Origin: an uncultured bacterium
Lineage (GTDB): Bacteria; Babelota; Babeliae; Babelales; Vermiphilaceae
Assembly: GCA_963713925.1 (NCBI GenBank)
Contig: OY970212.1
Location: forward strand, 1,024,001-1,088,000
Direction of reading: 5' to 3'
DNA length: 64,000 nt
Positions 59,524 through 64,000 of the stretch are shown piece after piece; the stretch's first letter is position 1; the number at the start of each line of letters is the position of its first letter. Below the pieces are notes generated by a model. It ran no database searches, was not told where the DNA came from, and was given only the letters and a program-made list of their open reading frames with translations. The translations under genes and the position numbers were made by a program.

Positions 59524-59979
59524 ATGAAGAAACTCTTACTTGCAATAGCATTAATTGCTGTTGTTGGTGTGGCAACCGAAATGGAAGCCCGCCTTTTCCG
59601 TCGCGGTTGTAATGATGGTTCATGCTCACGACCAGTTCGTGGCTGCCATAAAAAAAGATGCCACAAAAAAGCATGTGCTCCTAAAAAGTCATGCAAAAAA
59701 GTGTGCGATGAGTGCGAAACATGCCCTCAATCACATGAAGTGATCAGACAACCAGAAAACTGCCGTTGCATTGAAAAAACCTGGTGCCGACTTGTAACAC
59801 CTGAAAAGACTGTTACAATCCCTGCGCAGTATGAAAAAGTTACCTGCGTAACTAATATCAGCGAAAGCTGCTGCGTAACAAAAGATGGTTGCACAGAAGC
59901 AGACTACAATATGCACCCAAATCTTTCGGAAGCTCCAGCTGACGTGCACAGCGCACTCGCAAATGCTAACGTAAAGTAA
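59524..59979 (+). CDS. Cysteine-rich secreted protein
   Basis: AAGGAG Shine-Dalgarno, signal peptide, 16 Cys in 151 aa. Confidence 0.8.
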   Translation: MKKLLLAIALIAVVGVATEMEARLFRRGCNDGSCSRPVRGCHKKRCHKKACAPKKSCKKVCDECETCPQSHEVIRQPENCRCIEKTWCRLVTPEKTVTIPAQYEKVTCVTNISESCCVTKDGCTEADYNMHPNLSEAPADVHSALANANVK

Positions 59980-60004
59980 TTAACTTACTTACAGCATACA
60001 ACTA

Positions 60005-60044
60005 AAGAGGGACCGGAATATTCCGGTCCCTCTCTCTTTTTTTT
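60005..60044. terminator. Intrinsic terminator
   Basis: AGAGGGACCGGAAT/ATTCCGGTCCCTCT palindrome plus T-tract. Confidence 0.75.
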
Positions 60045-60062
60045 ACCCCAAAACGGGCAAAC

Positions 60063-60737
60063 TTATTTTGAAAACTTTTGAATTATCTCGAAAATCTTCT
60101 CGACTGACTCTTGGACCGTTAAATCAGAAGTATCAATCACATGAGCCCCTGCAGGGATCACCAATGGCGCAAGACTTCGTTTTGTATCACGCTCATCTCT
60201 TTGCTTGATTGATTGCTCAATTGTTTTCAAATCGATATCTTTTCCCTGTTTTTTCAAATCATTATGCATGCGGCGGGCGCGCACCTGCACGGAAGCGGTT
60301 ATATAAAACTTATAATCAGCATAGGGGAAAACTTTTGACCCAATATCTCGTCCCTCAGCAACCAAATCACCCTCAGTCTCAAAGCTTCGTTGCCATTCTA
60401 AAACGATTTGCCTGCAAAGAGGCGCTATGCTCAATCGAGAAGTGGCATCATCTATCTGAGGCGTTTTTAGGGATGGCGTCACGTCAACGCCGTCCACTAA
60501 CATTCGGGCATCCGAAGATAATTCGAACCGATACTCACATATACCCCGAGCCCAGAGAAGATCATCAGGATCGGGAAATGCTAATTCTTCAAGGGCGTAC
60601 TTTTTATTGATTAATACATACGCAAGAGCTCGATACAATAAGCCGGAATTTACATAAAAAGCATTGTAATGTTCTCCCAACCGGCGCGCAATGGTAGATT
60701 TTCCACTCGCGGCCGGTCCATCAATCGCTATAATCAT
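60063..60737 (-). CDS. cmk: Cytidylate kinase
   Basis: IAIDGPAASGKST, EGRDIGS, RDERD..R..APL. Confidence 0.96.
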   Translation of the reverse strand: MIIAIDGPAASGKSTIARRLGEHYNAFYVNSGLLYRALAYVLINKKYALEELAFPDPDDLLWARGICEYRFELSSDARMLVDGVDVTPSLKTPQIDDATSRLSIAPLCRQIVLEWQRSFETEGDLVAEGRDIGSKVFPYADYKFYITASVQVRARRMHNDLKKQGKDIDLKTIEQSIKQRDERDTKRSLAPLVIPAGAHVIDTSDLTVQESVEKIFEIIQKFSK

Positions 60738-60738
60738 T

Positions 60739-62469
60739 CTATTCCTTCATGGCTATATCAATACCAAGGAGTTCAATATTCACTCTTCCATTCCAATGAT
60801 TTTCAGTAATGTGCGTTGCAAGGTCAAACTTTGGAGTTTCCCGCTCAATAAAAGCAGCATAAATATCGGGTCTATTGAAAAAAATCAGTTGCTTGATAAC
60901 GCCATCGGCAAAAACAGCACATTTCACATGCAACTCCTTGAGCAATTGAGGCTTTTGCACCAAAACAACATCTTTAACATAAAACGTCGGCTGCGGATTT
61001 TCATTTCCAAACGGCTCAAAATAGGCCATATCCTCCATCATTTTTTTTGTTGCATCAGGCAATATCAAATGTGCATCAAGCCGTATTTTTTGTTGCAAAT
61101 CATCAGGAGAGAGGCGCTCTGCAATCATTTTTTCAAGACGATCTTTAAGCAGTGGAATGTTTTCCGTTTTCAAGCTCAGGCCGGCTGCTTGCGCGTGTCC
61201 CCCGAATTGCATCAAAAGATCATGACATTCAGAAAGTGCATTAAACATATTAAATGCAGGTATCGAACGACATGAGCCTTTGGCAATTCCTTTATCGGTC
61301 ATATGCAATAAAATAGTAGGCTTGCCATACGCGGAGACAATACGTGAGGCAACCAAGCCAATAACACCCGGTGGCCAATTGTCACTGCCAAGCACAATGC
61401 AATTTTCCTTGCTCAAATCAACGAGGCCCGATTCAACTTTAGCCTGAATCTCAGCAACAATAGACCGCTCAATTTCTTTTCGAGCTTGATTCAGCTCCAA
61501 CAAAACTTTTCCCGTTTGCATCACTTCTTGCTCATTTGTTCCAAGCAAAAAGCCAACCCCTTGGCGCGGATCTTCCAAGCGACCGAGCGCATTAATTTGA
61601 GGAGTCAGGGAAAAGCCAACATCTGTTGCAGTAATGATTGATTTATCAACCTTCCCATTTGTCTTCAACACTTTCAACGACAAGCTCATCCCGGAATTGA
61701 TCTGACGCAAGCAATGGCGTACCCAAAATCGATTCTCTCCCGTGAGCGGAACAACGTCGGCGACGGTGCCTAAGAGTAAAAGTTCATACACCTTAGCTGG
61801 TAATGATCGCCCTCTTTTTTCATATAACAGTGAAAGAATTTTGAAAGAAACACCAACTCCGGCAAAATATTTAAATGGATATGGACAATCGGATTGATGC
61901 GGGTTGACAATTGCATAGGCATCAGGCACATGATCATGCGGACGGTGATGATCGGTGATTATTAAATCAATGCCAAGGCTTTTTGCTCGTTCTGCTTGTT
62001 CAAAAGCCGTAATACCATTATCAACCGTTATAATTAGCGTATAGCCATTGGCATGCGCTCGTTCGATAATTTTTGTTGAAATACCGTATCCGTCACGCAC
62101 TCGGTGAGGCAAATAAAAATTTACCTTGGCTCCCAGTGGTAGTAACCCTGTCATCATTAATGAAGACGATGTGATCCCATCAACATCATAATCACCAAAA
62201 ATGAGAATTTTTTCTCCCCGCTCGATGGCCCGTTCAATGCGATCTACTACTTTTTGCGCATCTTTCATTACAGACGGATGTCCCACATCTTTTTCAAACG
62301 AACTGAATAAAAAAGATTCAATCTCTTCAGAATCGCAACGCCCTCGTTGCACGAGCGCTTGCGCCAATGGAATTGCTAAGGAATATCGAGCAGCTATATC
62401 AATCGACGTTTTACAAAGTTCCGTCGGAATTTCCCAAAGATATTTTTGACCGCGAACCCTGTATGTCAC
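60739..62469 (-). CDS. recJ: ssDNA exonuclease RecJ
   Basis: GDYDVDG, TVDNG, TDHH, GTVADV, GGHAQAAG, EPFGNEN. Confidence 0.97.
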   Translation of the reverse strand: MTYRVRGQKYLWEIPTELCKTSIDIAARYSLAIPLAQALVQRGRCDSEEIESFLFSSFEKDVGHPSVMKDAQKVVDRIERAIERGEKILIFGDYDVDGITSSSLMMTGLLPLGAKVNFYLPHRVRDGYGISTKIIERAHANGYTLIITVDNGITAFEQAERAKSLGIDLIITDHHRPHDHVPDAYAIVNPHQSDCPYPFKYFAGVGVSFKILSLLYEKRGRSLPAKVYELLLLGTVADVVPLTGENRFWVRHCLRQINSGMSLSLKVLKTNGKVDKSIITATDVGFSLTPQINALGRLEDPRQGVGFLLGTNEQEVMQTGKVLLELNQARKEIERSIVAEIQAKVESGLVDLSKENCIVLGSDNWPPGVIGLVASRIVSAYGKPTILLHMTDKGIAKGSCRSIPAFNMFNALSECHDLLMQFGGHAQAAGLSLKTENIPLLKDRLEKMIAERLSPDDLQQKIRLDAHLILPDATKKMMEDMAYFEPFGNENPQPTFYVKDVVLVQKPQLLKELHVKCAVFADGVIKQLIFFNRPDIYAAFIERETPKFDLATHITENHWNGRVNIELLGIDIAMKE

Positions 62470-62647
62470 AACTTTTCCTTGCTGATGATGAAAAATGAAA
62501 TAATTGTAGTACAATTATAGTCGCTGTGAAAAAATATTCCACATCAAAAAACAGGTTTTGAACGGGTCCCAAACAGGATCCCATACCGAAGTATGGGTTG
62601 AAGCAAAGCGGAGTTTGGGTAAAATGCATAAAAGGAGTAACCGTACT

Positions 62648-64000
62648 ATGAAGATTTTCGCACCAGTAAGCCTTTTTATTTTTGTCTCGATCTTTCCATC
62701 AGACTCTCCAAATCTTCCGATATCATTCCAACAACATGATTTCACTGAGTATATTCAACTGCGTCACGCAGCCGACGCGCCCGGTGCAACGCTGGATGAA
62801 TATTTTGCGCTTCTTGATTATGAGAAGAAAAATGAAGATGTACAAAACAAGAAAAAAACCTTTTTGATTGATACCCATTTTGACTCGCAAGAAGAAAGAG
62901 CCTCCGCTATTGCTGACCTTTACCCGCAAGCACTTACTCCTGATCTCATATCTCTGCTTGAGACTTCCAAACATCCCGGCGACATAATGAATCTTGCCCA
63001 CTATTATAGAAACAACAATAAGCCCGAACAGGCTTTGAACCTTTATTCTCAAGTGGAATCACAATATCCCGACGTTCATTTTTATAGAGCCGCAACACTT
63101 CACAACGTAGCCTGTGATTTAGTCGAAAAAAAACAATACCAAGATGCCATGGAAAATCTTGCCGAATGCAAAAAAATTTTAACAAGCTTATCGGCATGTA
63201 AACACGCCATGCTTCAAGAAGTGCTTAAAAAAGTCGATTTTAGTTATGAAAAACTCAATAGATATCTCACGTATCATAACCGCACAGAAAAACCATCCAT
63301 TGATCAATTAGAACACGAATCTTCTGTCACACCTACTCGTCGTGATCGTTCGGTGTTTAACCCTAAATATGTCCCCATATTGCACACTCCCTTGCACGAT
63401 CCATCACGAAAGAATGAACCGAAAAAGCCAGCCGCCCCTCATACCCGCCCTGATATTTCAGTAGATTATTTGAAAACTATTTCAGATGATATCGGTCAGC
63501 TTAAGAAAAATTTGCAACAGATTCTCAATCATCTGAGTTCTGCGCCGCATGATATGTCTGCATTTGGCGAGCAACTCTGGACCATCACCAATCTGACACT
63601 CGATGGATTTAACGACTCTCAAATCCAAAAAAAAGTATCAGCGCTGCATCGGTTTGCCATGCAACGCATACATAAGGCAGAACCAATTACATCCGCAGAA
63701 GGAAAAGCATTTTGCTCTTTTCTCTTGCTTTCAGAAAATTATAAAGACCTCGATGTATTGATTGAAAAACTTACCAGCAATATACCCGCTGAATCGGATC
63801 TTATAAATAGAGCTCGCCTTGAAAAAATATGTTGGGAAATACGAGGCCCGGACTGCACAAAGGGCATGGAGCTTGAAAAACTTTTCAATTTAATGCCTGA
63901 TTTGCCTGAATATACGAATGATTTCGCTGGAGGAGTCATTGCATCGAACGTACTTGAAAATATTTTTACCATTATGGAAAACCACCCTGAAACTGAGGCC
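62648..64000 (+). CDS. Hypothetical secreted helical/TPR-like protein (3'-partial)
   Basis: AAGGAG Shine-Dalgarno, MKIFAPVSLFIFVSIFP; frame appears open to the window end; TPR-like NLAHYYRNNNKPEQALNLY. Confidence 0.7.
   Translation, partial: MKIFAPVSLFIFVSIFPSDSPNLPISFQQHDFTEYIQLRHAADAPGATLDEYFALLDYEKKNEDVQNKKKTFLIDTHFDSQEERASAIADLYPQALTPDLISLLETSKHPGDIMNLAHYYRNNNKPEQALNLYSQVESQYPDVHFYRAATLHNVACDLVEKKQYQDAMENLAECKKILTSLSACKHAMLQEVLKKVDFSYEKLNRYLTYHNRTEKPSIDQLEHESSVTPTRRDRSVFNPKYVPILHTPLHDPSRKNEPKKPAAPHTRPDISVDYLKTISDDIGQLKKNLQQILNHLSSAPHDMSAFGEQLWTITNLTLDGFNDSQIQKKVSALHRFAMQRIHKAEPITSAEGKAFCSFLLLSENYKDLDVLIEKLTSNIPAESDLINRARLEKICWEIRGPDCTKGMELEKLFNLMPDLPEYTNDFAGGVIASNVLENIFTIMENHPETEA

Noticed and set aside
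62515..63197. Short minus-strand ORFs suggesting a fragmented gene
   Set aside because: They are shadows of a long plus-strand ORF from 62648 that runs off the window and so is missing from the track.
1..64000. CRISPR array or cas genes
   Set aside because: No regularly spaced 25-45 bp repeats with unique spacers and no Cas motifs seen; the 34955-35178 array has only 4-5 bp units.

Overview
AT-rich bacterial chromosome segment. Tandem ATP/ADP translocases and many signal-peptide-bearing ankyrin, F-box-like and orphan proteins suggest a protist-infecting intracellular bacterium, most likely Dependentiae/Babelota (TM6); this is inference. The right third is housekeeping (dsbD, hpf, der, dnaX, SRP RNA, tRNA-Ser, rpsB, two NTT translocases, lon, cmk, recJ). 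The left two thirds are accessory. Main discoveries: (1) A ~14.1 kb integrative element (28490-42628) inserted into the last 7 nt (TCCACCA) of tRNA-Ala(GGC) by a large serine recombinase whose own C-terminus is split by the att site. It encodes an SF3 helicase, a Zn-ribbon/Toprim primase, a mirror-symmetric GTCCA/TGGAC iteron array (putative origin) and secreted cargo, but no recognisable capsid or conjugation genes. (2) A polymorphic toxin locus (23639-31358) straddling the element's left att site. It has two signal-peptide toxins with a near-identical 884-bp core and Ntox17-like tips, an orphan toxin-tip remnant, and six paralogous putative immunity genes (YWKxPEDK motif) of a family I do not recognise. 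Also present: a Cache-type sensor fused to a pentameric ligand-gated ion channel-like module, a MITE pair with TAA/TTA target duplications, REP-like hairpins, umuDC, a toxin-antitoxin pair, an oxalate decarboxylase cluster and a Cys-rich lipoprotein/secreted protein pair. All family calls come from motif recognition by eye, not database searches.
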